Of a stretch of DNA of 64,000 bases, positions 1 to 11,100 are shown one piece after another; position 1 is the first letter of the stretch; each line of letters starts with the position of its first letter. The stretch is from Polyangiales bacterium (GTDB lineage: Bacteria; Myxococcota_A; Polyangia; Polyangiales; Polyangiaceae): NCBI GenBank assembly GCA_038230375.1, contig JBBRNJ010000039.1, positions 14,119 to 78,118 of the forward strand. The letters are read 5' to 3'. The notes under the pieces are model-generated. The model ran no database searches, was not told the origin of the DNA, and worked only from the letters and a program-made list of their open reading frames with translations. The position numbers and the translations under genes are program-made.

Positions 1-267
1 CTCTTCCACGACATGGGCGACGCGTTCAGCGACTTCGACTCGCTCCATCTGAAGCACTCGGTCGGCGGCGGTATCCGCGTCCTGTTTCCGGAGCTCGATC
101 GCGCCGTGTTCCGTCTGGACATCGCGGTGCCCCTCACCACCCCGAACCTCTCCACAAGAGACTACTCCGCGTGCTCACCAGCGGGCGTCGCCTGCAAGAA
201 GCTGGACCCGGTGACGTACTTCGTCACCTTCGGCCAGGCCTTCGATTTCACGAGCATAGCCCCATGA
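1..267 (+). CDS. Omp85 (BamA/TamA) family outer-membrane protein, C-terminal fragment (5' partial)
   Basis: Frame is open from base 1 (LFHDMGDAF...HSVGGGIRV...FRLDIAVPL...FVTFGQAF), a typical Omp85 C-terminal beta-strand pattern. Confidence 0.7.
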   Translation, partial: LFHDMGDAFSDFDSLHLKHSVGGGIRVLFPELDRAVFRLDIAVPLTTPNLSTRDYSACSPAGVACKKLDPVTYFVTFGQAFDFTSIAP

Positions 268-299
268 AAAGCCGGTAACATGGGTCCCCGGAAGGTAGG

Positions 300-2069
300 G
301 TGGGCGTGAGCGAGGCGCGGAGGGTCGAGTTCTTCAAGCTGTCCCGCGCCATTCAGGACAGGTTCGTCGGCTCGGCCGGCAACGTGTTCGCGCCGCTGCC
401 GCTCCTTTTCCAGCACGCCACGCCGAAGACCCCTCTCTACTGGGCTGGCGCGAGCGTCGTGTCGCTCGTGGCGCTCGTGGTCGTGGCCCGGACCGGTTAC
501 GGCGATCTCGCGAGCGGGCTGTCGTGGCACGGATTCGTGGCGTGCATCGAGTACATCCTGCTCATCGCGGGCGTGATCGGGTGTGCGGTGCGCGCGGTGC
601 ACCTGCGGAAGCGCATCACGCAGCTCCCGTACAGGCCGGGTATCTACACGTTCCCCATGTGCCTCGTGGACGCGCGTTCGGAGAAGTTCGACGTCGTCGA
701 CATGAACACCCTCGTTGCCGCAACGGCGATGCAGGGGCCCGTAGCAAAGGTGCTCCTCCAGTTCCAGAACGGCCGCAAGATCGAGATCCCGGTCGACAAC
801 GCGCAGGCAGCCGAGGCCGCCGTTCTCACCATCAACGGCAACAAGGAGGAGGTCCGCGCCGCGATCGAGCGCAACGATCCCGGCGAGCTTGTCTCGCTCG
901 ATCCGCTGCACCAGCCCCGCTTCTCCAGCCCGGTCGCCCCGCGCGACGCGTACGCGGCCTATGCGCCGCCGTGGGCAAAATTCTTCTTCGCGATCGGCCT
1001 TGGCGTGGGCGTCGTCGTCGGTCCCGTCATGTGGCTCGCGCGGAACTCCGGCAGCGACACGCGGATGTACAAGACCGCATCCAGGGCGAACGACGTGGAC
1101 TCGTACAAGGCGTATCTCGCCCACGGCAAAGCGCACTCGGACGAGGTGCGCGACATCTTGCTCCCGCGCGCGGAGCTGCAGATCGCCATCGCGCAGAACA
1201 CGCCCGAAGCCCTGCTCGCATACATCTCGTCCCATCCAGACTCCAAGGTCAAGCCCGAGGTGGACGCTGCCCTCCGCACCGCGCTGCTCGCTGCTCTCGC
1301 GGATGCCAAGAAGTCAGGCACGCTCGCCGCGCTCGGGTCGTTCGCAACGAAGTACGGCGCGCAGAAGTCGTACGTGCAGAAGGAGCTCGCCGCCTCCATG
1401 CACGACGTCTACGCGCGCGAGCTCGCGGCGTACCTTGCCAGGGCACCCACAAAGGACAAAGCCGTCGCGCCCTTCATCGAGAAGCTCTTCGCGTGGGCAG
1501 AGGCGCACGGCCCGAGCGTGGAGATCAAGGCGCGTCGCCGCACGAACTCCAACCTGGACAAGGCCGACAAGTTCCTCGAGAAGGTGCCCACGTTCATGGG
1601 GCAGGTCTCGTACCCCACGCGCTACTTCGACACGGCGCACTCGCAGAAGCGCGAGGTCGCTGCCATGGGCGTGTTCGCGGACAAGCTCTCGGGCGTGTTC
1701 TCGAAGGAGCTGATCGAGTTCAAGCTCGCCGGCGAAGGCCCTGACCCCACGCAGCCCGTACCGGCGTTCACGGTGCCCACGCTGCTCATCACGCACGTGG
1801 AGGACTGGTCCACGCTCACCTACGAGACCAAGGTGCCGCGCGGCTGCTTCGTCGGCATCATCTACCACTTCGAGGTGGAGTTCTATCTGCCGGGCGACGC
1901 GAAGCCGTACAAGTGGAAGCAGGACATCGGCAAGGGCGCGCCGCTCGGCATCCTGGACAAGGCCGGGGAAGGCAGCAACGAAGACCGCCTCTACGAATCC
2001 ATGTCCACGGACACGTTCAAGGTGATGGAAGACCGCTACCTGGCGACCATCATCCCCGCAGAGAAGTAG
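300..2069 (+). CDS. Hypothetical membrane protein (about 3 TM helices plus a large soluble C-terminal region)
   Basis: 589-aa ORF with strong GC3 bias and hydrophobic segments; start could be 300 or 306. Confidence 0.8.
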   Translation: MGVSEARRVEFFKLSRAIQDRFVGSAGNVFAPLPLLFQHATPKTPLYWAGASVVSLVALVVVARTGYGDLASGLSWHGFVACIEYILLIAGVIGCAVRAVHLRKRITQLPYRPGIYTFPMCLVDARSEKFDVVDMNTLVAATAMQGPVAKVLLQFQNGRKIEIPVDNAQAAEAAVLTINGNKEEVRAAIERNDPGELVSLDPLHQPRFSSPVAPRDAYAAYAPPWAKFFFAIGLGVGVVVGPVMWLARNSGSDTRMYKTASRANDVDSYKAYLAHGKAHSDEVRDILLPRAELQIAIAQNTPEALLAYISSHPDSKVKPEVDAALRTALLAALADAKKSGTLAALGSFATKYGAQKSYVQKELAASMHDVYARELAAYLARAPTKDKAVAPFIEKLFAWAEAHGPSVEIKARRRTNSNLDKADKFLEKVPTFMGQVSYPTRYFDTAHSQKREVAAMGVFADKLSGVFSKELIEFKLAGEGPDPTQPVPAFTVPTLLITHVEDWSTLTYETKVPRGCFVGIIYHFEVEFYLPGDAKPYKWKQDIGKGAPLGILDKAGEGSNEDRLYESMSTDTFKVMEDRYLATIIPAEK

Positions 2070-2460
2070 CTCGCGGCGCTACCGCTGGGCCACAAGCGCT
2101 CAGCACTGGCGGAGGAGCAAGACTCCGATCAGCAGGACGGTCAGTGAGCCTCCGAAGGCCAGGAAGATCGTCACGTAGAATGGGCGGTGTGGTGCTGCGT
2201 GTGGAGGCCCTGACCGCCCCAAGGTCAGATGCGACGAGCTGCACGGACCTGTCCGTGTTGCAGAGCGAGCAACGGTGCGCCTGCTGCTTCACCGGAAGTG
2301 GGTAGGGCGTCCCGTACTGCCAGCCCGGCGCGGCCTCCTCGAGCGCCAGGTTGGCGACGCCAACGCACTCCTCGCACATGGACGATGCCTCGCCAGCGAC
2401 GAGCACAATCACATGCTCGAGCACCTTCCCGCAGAACGAACACGCGCCCTCGTGCAGCAC
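2050..2460 (-). CDS. ClpX C4-type zinc-finger protein, probably disrupted or chimeric at the 3' end
   Basis: CSFCGK...LVAG...MCEECV matches zf-C4_ClpX; a second finger (CSLC...) lacks its distal Cys pair; start lies 5 nt after the M3 peptidase stop. Confidence 0.55.
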   Translation of the reverse strand: MLHEGACSFCGKVLEHVIVLVAGEASSMCEECVGVANLALEEAAPGWQYGTPYPLPVKQQAHRCSLCNTDRSVQLVASDLGAVRASTRSTTPPILRDDLPGLRRLTDRPADRSLAPPPVLSACGPAVAPRATSLRG

Positions 2461-2465
2461 GCGAC

Positions 2466-4664
2466 CTAGTGGTTCGCGAGAAACGCTTTGTATGCGTCGC
2501 GTGTCGGCGGGCGGCCGAGGAAGTGCTCCACGAGTTTGTCGCCGTCATCGCTGCCGCCAGGCGCGAGCACGAAGTCGCGGTATTCGGTCGCGGTCTTGTG
2601 GTCGAACATGCCGTTCTTCTTGAAGCGCGTGAAGAGGTCCTGCGCGAGCGAGAGCGCCCACTGATAGCCGTAGTAGCCGGCGTCGTAGCCGACCAGGTGT
2701 CCGAACGTCGCCTGGAAGTGTGTACCTTCCACGTATTTGAAAGGCACGTATGCGGTCTGCACCTCGGCGAGGACCTGGGTGGTGTCGAAGCCTGGATCGC
2801 GCGTGTGGTACGTCTGGTCCAGCGCGGCCAGGAACAGCTGTCGCGACGTGGCGAGCGATACACCGAAGCTCCGCGCGCGCGTCATGGCCGCGTGCAGCTT
2901 TTCGGGGAGCGGTGCGCCCGTCTCGTGGTGCTTCGCGAACTTCGCGAGCGAGTCCTTGGACCACGCCCATTCCTCCAGCATCTGCGAAGGCGCCTCGACG
3001 AAGTCGCGCTCGACAGCGGTGCCCGCATAGCTGGAGAGCTCGGCGGTGGAGAGCAGGTGGTGCAGCACGTGGCCGAACTCGTGGAAGAACGTGACCACGT
3101 CCTGATGGCTCATCAGCGCCGGCGTGCCAGTGCCCGGCTTCGGGAAGTTGCACACGATGGAGGCGATGGGCACGAGCCGCGAGCCATCGTTCATCTTCTT
3201 GGTGGGGCGGATGCTGAAGACCGCGGCGTGCTTGTACTTGCCCTCACGCGGGTACAGATCGAAGAAGAAACGCCCGAGCTCCTTGCCGGTGGCAGCGTCG
3301 GACACGCGCAGCGCCTCCACGTCACCGTGCCATCGCGGCGCGGCCTCGGTGGAGAGCACCTCGTATTTGATGCCAAACAGCTCGCTCGTGATGTCGAGCA
3401 AACCCTGCTTCACGCGGCCGATCTCGAAGTACTGGCTCACCTCCTTGGAGTCCAGGCCGTACTTCTCCTGCCGCAGCCGGTCTTCCAGGTAGGAGCGATC
3501 CGCGAACGTGAGCGGCTCATCCTTCTTGCCGCCCAGCTTCTCGTGCATGCGGTGGAACTCCGTCATCTCCTCCGCAGCGCGCGCCTTCACGAAGCCGCGC
3601 AGATCTTCCAGGAACGCCGCCACGGTCTTGCTGCTCTTCGCCATGCGCGGCTCCAGCACGTAGTCTGCCCACGTGGGGTAACCGAGCAGCTTCGCCTTCT
3701 CCTTGCGAAGCAGGAGCAGCTTCTCCAGGACCTTCACGTTCTTGTCTGCCGCGCGGTTGTCGAACAGCTTGTAGAGCTCGAAGGCGACCTTCCGGTTCTT
3801 TGCATACTGCATGAATGGAAAGTAGTCGGGGTAGTCGGTGGTGATCTTCACCTTGCCGTCCGCGCCCGCCTTGTGCGAGTCCACGTAGCCCTGCGGCAGA
3901 CCCGCCATGTCCTTCGGCTCCACCATGAGCGAGAGCGTGGAGTCGGCCAGGTTTGTGTCGAAGTCCTGCGACTCCTTCGTGAGCGTCTCGTTCAGCTCGC
4001 GCAGGCGCGCCTGCCCCGCTTCCGGGAGCTCCAGGCCGTTCCGGCGGAAGTCGCGGAGCGTGTGGTCAAGGAGGCGCTTCTGATCGGGCGCGAGCTTGGG
4101 GCTCGTCTTCGCGTAGCGAGAGATCACGCGCGCGAGCTTTGCGTTCAAAAAAAGCTCAGTGCCAAACTTGTCCACCTTGGGCTCGCAGCCCTTCGCCGCC
4201 TCGCGCACGGCCGCGTCTGGACTCGCAACAGAGATGAGCGCGGGAAAATCCGACGCATTGCGCACGGCCAGGTTCAGCTCGTCGAACTTGCCCAGCACCG
4301 CCGCATACGTGAGCTTGTCGTCCGTCCCGCCGTCCAGCGTGACGATCTCTGTGAGCAGCGCGTCCGCCTTGTTCAGGCTCTCGTCGCAGAGACGGATGAT
4401 GCCGTCCTTCGTGAGGCCAATGGTCGTGGGGTCGGTGTCCGTGGGGAGCATCTTCTTCTCTTGGGCTTTTGCGGTTGCAGAGGCAAGGGGCGTGGCGTCG
4501 CTCTTGATCGCGCGCAGCAGCGGGCGAGAGGGAGAGTCCTCCATCCTGGGAGGAGCCTCCGCCGGCCCGCATGCCGAGACGGTGAGGGCCGCGAGCATGT
4601 AGAGCGCGAGGTGGGCGCGGCGCGCTCCCGACATCAGAGAGGTTCCGCTGGTTCGGGGTCGCAT
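2466..4664 (-). CDS. M3 family zinc metallopeptidase (thimet oligopeptidase-like), predicted lipoprotein
   Basis: FFHEFGHVLH zinc motif, RDFVEAPSQMLE, FDLYPREGKY, GYYGYQW; lipobox VSAC; alternative start 4634. Confidence 0.92.
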   Translation of the reverse strand: MRPRTSGTSLMSGARRAHLALYMLAALTVSACGPAEAPPRMEDSPSRPLLRAIKSDATPLASATAKAQEKKMLPTDTDPTTIGLTKDGIIRLCDESLNKADALLTEIVTLDGGTDDKLTYAAVLGKFDELNLAVRNASDFPALISVASPDAAVREAAKGCEPKVDKFGTELFLNAKLARVISRYAKTSPKLAPDQKRLLDHTLRDFRRNGLELPEAGQARLRELNETLTKESQDFDTNLADSTLSLMVEPKDMAGLPQGYVDSHKAGADGKVKITTDYPDYFPFMQYAKNRKVAFELYKLFDNRAADKNVKVLEKLLLLRKEKAKLLGYPTWADYVLEPRMAKSSKTVAAFLEDLRGFVKARAAEEMTEFHRMHEKLGGKKDEPLTFADRSYLEDRLRQEKYGLDSKEVSQYFEIGRVKQGLLDITSELFGIKYEVLSTEAAPRWHGDVEALRVSDAATGKELGRFFFDLYPREGKYKHAAVFSIRPTKKMNDGSRLVPIASIVCNFPKPGTGTPALMSHQDVVTFFHEFGHVLHHLLSTAELSSYAGTAVERDFVEAPSQMLEEWAWSKDSLAKFAKHHETGAPLPEKLHAAMTRARSFGVSLATSRQLFLAALDQTYHTRDPGFDTTQVLAEVQTAYVPFKYVEGTHFQATFGHLVGYDAGYYGYQWALSLAQDLFTRFKKNGMFDHKTATEYRDFVLAPGGSDDGDKLVEHFLGRPPTRDAYKAFLANH

Positions 4665-4677
4665 TGCGGCGAGGATG

Positions 4678-7600
4678 CTACACGAGGAGCAGCACGCCCG
4701 TGGCCGGTTTTCCGGTCTCCCGGGACAGGGCCGCGGCATAGAGCCGTAGCTGCCGCTCGTAGTCCTCACGAGCACCACCAATGTCCACGTCGGTCTTGTA
4801 GTCGATCACGCACAGACCCTCGGCGTCCACGAACGCAAGGTCGCACGCGCCCTCCACCAGGGTGCCATCCTCGATGCGGAGCGCGAGCGGCGTCTCGCGG
4901 AACACCTGCGCGCTCTTCTTGGCGCGCAACAGCAGCGGGTGCGTGAGCGTCTTCGTCACGGAGACCGTCGCGGCCTCCACCTCGGCGGGGGTCGCCGCAA
5001 GCATGCGCCCGCACAGCTCGGCGACCTTGCCAATGTCCTTCTTCGACGCGTCGACCGGTAGCGTGGCGAGCATCTCGTGTACGAGTGTGCCGAAGCGCGC
5101 GCCGCGAGGCCTGTCCGCGCCGCCCTCGTCACGTGACGACGCCACCGTGATCGGTATCGCGAGGACCTGGGCAGGCAGCGCGACGGTGCGCCGCTTCGTC
5201 ACGGTGGTGGTGACAAGCCGCGGAACGCTCGCGCGCGCGACCGCGTCGTCGTGTGCCGCCGCCCACGCCGCATGCTGATCCACGCTGGAGGTGGCGACCA
5301 CGCCTTCCTTGTCGGCGGCCAGGATCTTCTGCTGGCGCATGCCGACCTCGTCCTCCTTGTCCAGGTCGAGCGCGTGCGGGTCCCAGAACACCACCTTGGA
5401 GTCACCAAGCTCCGGCTCGTGCACGCCGGGACGCACGCTCATCGACTCGTAGCCGCGCGCCTTCGCAGGACGCTCGAGCACTGAATCGCCAGAAAAATCA
5501 GGCGCGCCAGCGAGCGGAGTGGACGCGCGCTCGCGCCCGCGCTTCGGATAGATGACCGGGTAGAGCGGAGACAGCCACCATGTGCTCTCTCCGCGTTCGT
5601 CGCCCACGACGGGGACGATCAACATCTCTCGCGCGCGGGTCGCCGCGACATAGAGCAGCCGGTCGGACTCGAACGCGTCCTCTTCCAGGATGCGCTCCCT
5701 GTTCTCGGAGAGCTCCAGCGGAACGCAGCCGGCAAGCTGCGTGGCGAACAACCCGCGCTCTGCATTCACGTATCGCGACGGCTCACGCTGCGTGGCTGGC
5801 GCCGCAGGATCCGCCAGGATCACCACCGGGAACTCGAGCCCCTTCGAGCGGTGCACGGTCATCATGCGCACGCCGTCGGACGTCTCCTCGACCACGGGTG
5901 CGTCCTCCGCGTTGCCACTCGTGAGCTGGTCACCCAGGTAGAGCACGAACGCGCGGAAGCTCCGCGGACGCTGGCGCTCGAAGCGGCGCGCAATGTCCAT
6001 CATGCGCAGCGTGTTCGCCAGTGCCTGCTCGCCCGCGGGCCAGAACGCCAGCGCGGCGTGGGCGCGGGTCTTCGCAAGGAACGTGCGGATGGTCTCCGCG
6101 AATGGCAGCTTGTTGCGGCTCTTGTGGAGCATGCGCAAGAGGCCCATGGCGTCAGCCACGGGGCGCGTGAACGGAGTGACGTCCTCGTCCTTCACGGTCC
6201 GGAACGGATGCAGGCCGAACTTGTGCTTGTACGCGAGGATCTCCGCGTCCGTCAGGGCTACGAACGGACCCCGCAGCGTCGCGTAGACGGAGAGCTCGTC
6301 GTCGGGCCACTCCATCGCGGTGAGCGCGGCGACCATGGCAGACACCTCTTCGCGCAAGAAGAAGCTGCGGCCGCCGACCAGCGCATGCGGGATTCGCCGC
6401 GTCTCGAGCGCGCGCACGTACGGCCGCGTTCGATCGCCATCCATCGATTGAAGGCGCTTGAACAGGATGCAGATGTGCCGCGCCGCCAGTGGCACGCGCA
6501 CGCCGGAAGCCTCCTCCACCGTGTAGCCGCTCTTTCGGGTCAGCCAATCGATGTAGGCGCCCACCGCGTCCGGGAGTGACTCCTCGATCTTCCAGGACAC
6601 GATCTTTCCCCAGTCCGAGTACGGCCGCGGAACCGGCAACGCAACCAGGGTGGGATGGTCCGGCTCGCTCTTGAAAGGGGAGAGCGGCACGTACGTCGCC
6701 TGTCCGGGCTGCCCCACCATGCGCTGCGCGAACGCGGTGTTCACCGCGCGCTGGATGGAAGGCGAGCTGCGGAAGCTGGTGGTGAGGTTCAGGACCTCCG
6801 CGCCCTTTGTGACCAGGTGCTTCTTCACGCGCTCGTACAGGGCGACGTCGGCGCGGCGGAAGCGATAGATCGACTGCTTCGGATCGCCGACGACGAACAG
6901 CTTGCCCGGCGCGGGATCCACGGCAAACGCGTCCGTGCCCTCCGCGCGCGTGCCCGAGAGGAAGAGCAGGATCTCTGCTTGCAGCGGGTCGGTGTCCTGG
7001 AACTCGTCCACGAGCAGGTGCGAAAAGCGCGACATGAGCTCCTCACGCACCACGAGATCATCGCGCACGAGGTCGCGTGTCTTCACGAGGAGGTCGCGGA
7101 AATCCAGACGCCCCGCGCGCGCCTTGCGACGCTCATACTTCTCCGTCACCACCGAGAGCTCGGTGAACAGACACGCCGCCAGGTCTGCATCCAGGCGAAC
7201 GACCAGCGCATCGAGCGCGATCTTGAGCGCGTCACGCTCGTTCGCGACGTCCTGACGAAGCACGCCCTCGCGAAGGAACTTGCCGGAGCCCTTCCATGTC
7301 CAGGACTTCAGGCGTGAGATCGTCTTGAGCTCCGACTCCAGCCCGTCGTAGTCGCGCTTCTTCTGCACGTCCTCGCGCCGGAGGATCTCGGCGACCGCAT
7401 TGCCGATCTCGTGCAGGTTCACCACCAGGAAATTCGGCGGCTCCGTCTTCGGTAGGCCCACGCCGTAGTCGGCCAGCTTGCGCAGGCGCTCCAGCATCGC
7501 GTCGACCGCGGCCTTGCGGTCGAACGGCTCGCGCTTCCACGGAGTCGGGAAATCGCGCGCGTCCGTGAGCTTGAAGCCCGCGGACTCCAGCATGCCGCGC

Positions 7601-8136
7601 GGTCCATCGGAGCCGCGCTCGCGCGTGCGCCGCCGCAGGATGCGACGCAGACCCTCGCCGGGCGACTCCAGCGACTCCTGGAACCACAGGTCGAAGCACT
7701 CGCCGTACAGCGCGCGTGCCTCGTCGTCTGGGGCGACCTCGAACAGCGGGTCCACGCGGGCCTCCACCGGGCGCTCGCGAAGGATGTCCGCGCAGAAGCC
7801 GTGGATGGTGCCGATGCGCGCCTCCTCCAGCTCTCGCAACGCCTGTACCAAGCGCGCCACGATCGCGGGCTCCTTCTCGGCCTCCTTGCGCCGGTCGAGC
7901 TCCGTGCGCAGGCGCAGCTTCATCTCGCCCGCGGCCTTCTCGGTGAACGTCACACACGCGATCTGGGAAAGGTGCGCGCGACCGGCGCAGATGAGCGCAA
8001 CGATGCGCGCGATCGCCTCCGTGGTCTTCCCCGTCCCCGCTGCGGCCTCCACGACCAGCGTCCTGTCGAACGCGGTACGGATCGCGTCGCGCTCTCTCTG
8101 GTCCACCAGCACGGGCCTGTCACCTTGCGTCGTCAT
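4678..8136 (-). CDS. addA: UvrD-like helicase/nuclease, AddA subunit
   Basis: Walker A AAAGTGKT, TFTEKAA, LVDEFQDT, VGDPKQSIYRFR, MTVHRSKGLEF, LLYVAATRA; C-terminal RecB-type nuclease (GACDL...IDYKT); ATGA overlap with the addB stop. Confidence 0.9.
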   Translation of the reverse strand: MTTQGDRPVLVDQRERDAIRTAFDRTLVVEAAAGTGKTTEAIARIVALICAGRAHLSQIACVTFTEKAAGEMKLRLRTELDRRKEAEKEPAIVARLVQALRELEEARIGTIHGFCADILRERPVEARVDPLFEVAPDDEARALYGECFDLWFQESLESPGEGLRRILRRRTRERGSDGPRGMLESAGFKLTDARDFPTPWKREPFDRKAAVDAMLERLRKLADYGVGLPKTEPPNFLVVNLHEIGNAVAEILRREDVQKKRDYDGLESELKTISRLKSWTWKGSGKFLREGVLRQDVANERDALKIALDALVVRLDADLAACLFTELSVVTEKYERRKARAGRLDFRDLLVKTRDLVRDDLVVREELMSRFSHLLVDEFQDTDPLQAEILLFLSGTRAEGTDAFAVDPAPGKLFVVGDPKQSIYRFRRADVALYERVKKHLVTKGAEVLNLTTSFRSSPSIQRAVNTAFAQRMVGQPGQATYVPLSPFKSEPDHPTLVALPVPRPYSDWGKIVSWKIEESLPDAVGAYIDWLTRKSGYTVEEASGVRVPLAARHICILFKRLQSMDGDRTRPYVRALETRRIPHALVGGRSFFLREEVSAMVAALTAMEWPDDELSVYATLRGPFVALTDAEILAYKHKFGLHPFRTVKDEDVTPFTRPVADAMGLLRMLHKSRNKLPFAETIRTFLAKTRAHAALAFWPAGEQALANTLRMMDIARRFERQRPRSFRAFVLYLGDQLTSGNAEDAPVVEETSDGVRMMTVHRSKGLEFPVVILADPAAPATQREPSRYVNAERGLFATQLAGCVPLELSENRERILEEDAFESDRLLYVAATRAREMLIVPVVGDERGESTWWLSPLYPVIYPKRGRERASTPLAGAPDFSGDSVLERPAKARGYESMSVRPGVHEPELGDSKVVFWDPHALDLDKEDEVGMRQQKILAADKEGVVATSSVDQHAAWAAAHDDAVARASVPRLVTTTVTKRRTVALPAQVLAIPITVASSRDEGGADRPRGARFGTLVHEMLATLPVDASKKDIGKVAELCGRMLAATPAEVEAATVSVTKTLTHPLLLRAKKSAQVFRETPLALRIEDGTLVEGACDLAFVDAEGLCVIDYKTDVDIGGAREDYERQLRLYAAALSRETGKPATGVLLLV

Positions 8137-11100
8137 GGTCGCTTCCGCAGCTCCACGAGCTTGTCCATGCGAGGGCTCTTCTTCTTCTTCGTGCGGATGT
8201 TCTCGTACGGGCCGCACACGGGCTTGTAGTCGCAGTACTCGCACTCGCGCGCGTCGGGCAACGCTGGCAAGAAGCCCGTGGTGATGGCCTCGGTCACGGC
8301 GTCACCCACGGCCTTTGCGCCTTCACGTGCGGTCTCGTCCAGGCGCACGGGCACCGAGTCGAAGCCGCCGGTGGAGCTTGCATAATACAAGCGTCCTCCG
8401 GACACCTTCACGTCCGGGAAGAGCTTCTCGAGCGTGAGCGCATACAGCACGGGCTGCAGGACCTTGCCGCCGCCGATGACGGTGCCCTCCTTCGCGCGCT
8501 TCTTTCCGGTCTTGTAGTCGGTGGCCTGCAGCGTGCCGTCGCTGCTCTTCTCGACCAGGTCGATCGAGCCGCGGAGCTTCACCCCGCACTCGAGCGCGAC
8601 GGGCAGGGCGGACGAGTGCTGATCGCTCGCCTCGCGCTGCCCGCTGAGCCCGAACGAGAGCTCGAAGTAGGCAGGCTGGTAGCCCGTGGGCTCCTCCACC
8701 TCGCGGCGCAGCCATTCGCGCACGTCCGCGCGGATGGCGCCGACACCGTCCTCCCAGACGCGATCGATCGCGGGGTAGAGCTCGTCCTTGAACTTCTTCT
8801 CCACGCGCGCAAGCACGTGGTCCAGGCGCTCGCGCGCGGCGTCCAGCGTGGCCGGCGTCATGGGCAGGAGCCCGTGCTCGCGCAGCTCGGTCAGGAACTC
8901 GTAGAGGACCTCGTGCACGAACGAGCCTTTTTGCAGCGCATCCATCTCCTCGATGGCGCGCGGCTCCTCGCGCGGAGACAGCTTGTGCACGGCGTACAGA
9001 TAGAAGCGGTACGGGCACGCGGCGAAGTTCTGCAGCGCGGTGGGGGAGAAGCTGCGCTTGTCGGGGGTGTGCATGGCCAGCGCCTCCTTCGCCTCGGGCG
9101 CGGGGTCCACCAGGCCGTCTGCGTCGGAGAAGCCGCGGAGCCAGCGCTTCGCCCGGAAACGCAGCGCGCGCGCCAGATACGGGTTCACCGAGAGCAGGTA
9201 GCGCGCGGTGCCAATGGCCTCCTCTTCTGGTTTGTAGAGCAGCGACGAGAGCAGCGCGAGATCGTGCTCGGACTCGTCAATGGCATCCTTCGGCGACTCC
9301 GGCGCCGGCCAGCCGATGCGCGCGCGAGCGGCGCTGTCTGCGCGACGTGAGAGCTCCTCGAACCCGGCGAGCGTCCCTGTCTGCGCGCGGACCAGCTCCA
9401 GCGCGTAGAACGACGGCGTCTTGGGGCGCCCCAGCTCCGTGTCCACGCGTGGGTAGCTGAACGTCGCGCGCTCCGTGGCAGAGCCAAGCGCGATGCGCAG
9501 CGCGAGCCGTTCCGCCGTGGCACGTCCCTCGTTCGTGAGCAGCGACCCGGCGGTGATCCCTCGCCGCATGCGATCGAGGAACATCGGGTCTTCGGCCAGC
9601 TTTCGCGGGAAGCCGCGCTCCACCAGACCGGGCACGAAGACGTGCTTCCACGTCATGCCGCGCGCTTCGTCGATGGGTGCAATATACACGCGTCCGTACC
9701 GCGAGCTGCCGGGCATCACCGTCAGGTCGGTGAGCCGCGGCGTGAGCACCATGCGCAGCTCCGACATGGTCACGGGCGCGCCCTTTCCCATGGGGTAGAG
9801 CTCTGCCAGCACGGCCAGCACGCGCTCCGGCCGGCGCAGCGCACGCGTGGCAAGGTCCGACAGCGCCTTCGCGTACTCTGCCAGCGGGCGCGGGTTCTTC
9901 GCCAGCTCAGACAGCTCGCCCAGGAGCGGAAGCGCGAACGCACGCAGCACGTCCAGCGCACGCAGCTCGCGCGTGAGCAGCTGCACCCGCGCCTCCTCGG
10001 AGGCCTCCTCCTTCATCCGCGCGACGAGCTCGGCGCGGTAGCCCTTGAGGCGCGCCTCCCAGCGATCGAGTCCGCCGATGACGGCCGCATCCACGAGCAT
10101 GCGCTCCCACAGCTTGGGCGCGCGGATCGAGCCGGCGATCACGGGTGCGTCCTCGGCATCCCGCGCGTCACTCGTCTCCGGCTCTTCCTCGAGCTCCTCG
10201 GCCGCGGCGGCGATCGTGGTGGCCGCTTGCGGGCTCATGATCTCGTCGTCGGCGACCACGCGCGTCTCCTGGGATGGCCACGCGGGCGGGGGAGCGCCGC
10301 TCGGCTCTGCACGCGGGAGCTCGCCCAGCGACAGGTACTCGGAGAAGCGCGTCGCGGAGAGCCCTTCGTCGGCGCACGCAAGCAGCGCAAGCAGCGCGCG
10401 CCCCGAAGGATCGGGCTTCCGCGTCCCGCGCGCGAAATAGGCTGGCACCTTTGCGCGCAGGAATGCCTCCTCGAGCGCGAGCGAGTACTCGGTGGGTGAG
10501 CGCAACAGGACCGCGACCTCGTCGAAGGGAACGCCCTGCGCAGCAAGCGCCAGGACTCGACGCGCGATCTCCGCGCCCTCGCGGCTCTCACCCGGAGCGG
10601 AGAAGAACGCGATGCCGGCGTCCTCTGCGAGCCCCGCGTGTGCCTCGGAGAAAAGGTGCGTCTGCACGTTGGCTACGGGAGTACCGATCGCCGCGACGAG
10701 CTCGCGCGGCGGAGACAGGTGGCCGAGGAGCTCGCGCGTGCGCGCATCGCCGCGGGGCATGGTGAAGAGCATGGCCGACGCCTCGCCCGTGAGCGCGCTC
10801 ACCAGATCGGCCTCCAGCCGATGCATGCATGGTACATCCAAAAAGAGCAGCGCTGCCCCGCGCACACGCGCGGCGTTCTCGCACGCTGCGGAGATGACCG
10901 CCGCCGGATCGCACAGGCCCGCGGCAGCGAGCTCCTTCTCGAACACGGATAGCAGGAGCGAGAGGCTCGGATCGCCCACCGAATCCTTGTCCACGCGCTC
11001 GAGCCGGAGCTCCGTCAACGTGCGCGTGAGCGCGCGCGCAAGCCCCGGTTCTTCGCGGATGGGCGCGAACCGTCCAAGCACGTCCTTCTTCTGCGCGAGC

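Noticed and set aside
2229..4946. Long antisense and alternative-frame ORFs (also 27506-29515, 29885-31972, 54679-56325 and many others)
   Set aside because: Shadow ORFs expected from high-GC codon bias opposite well-supported genes; no recognisable motifs
8133..9100. Cas4 or defence nuclease
   Set aside because: The Fe-S PD-(D/E)XK domain is the C-terminus of an AddB-like protein coupled to addA, an ordinary DNA-repair arrangement
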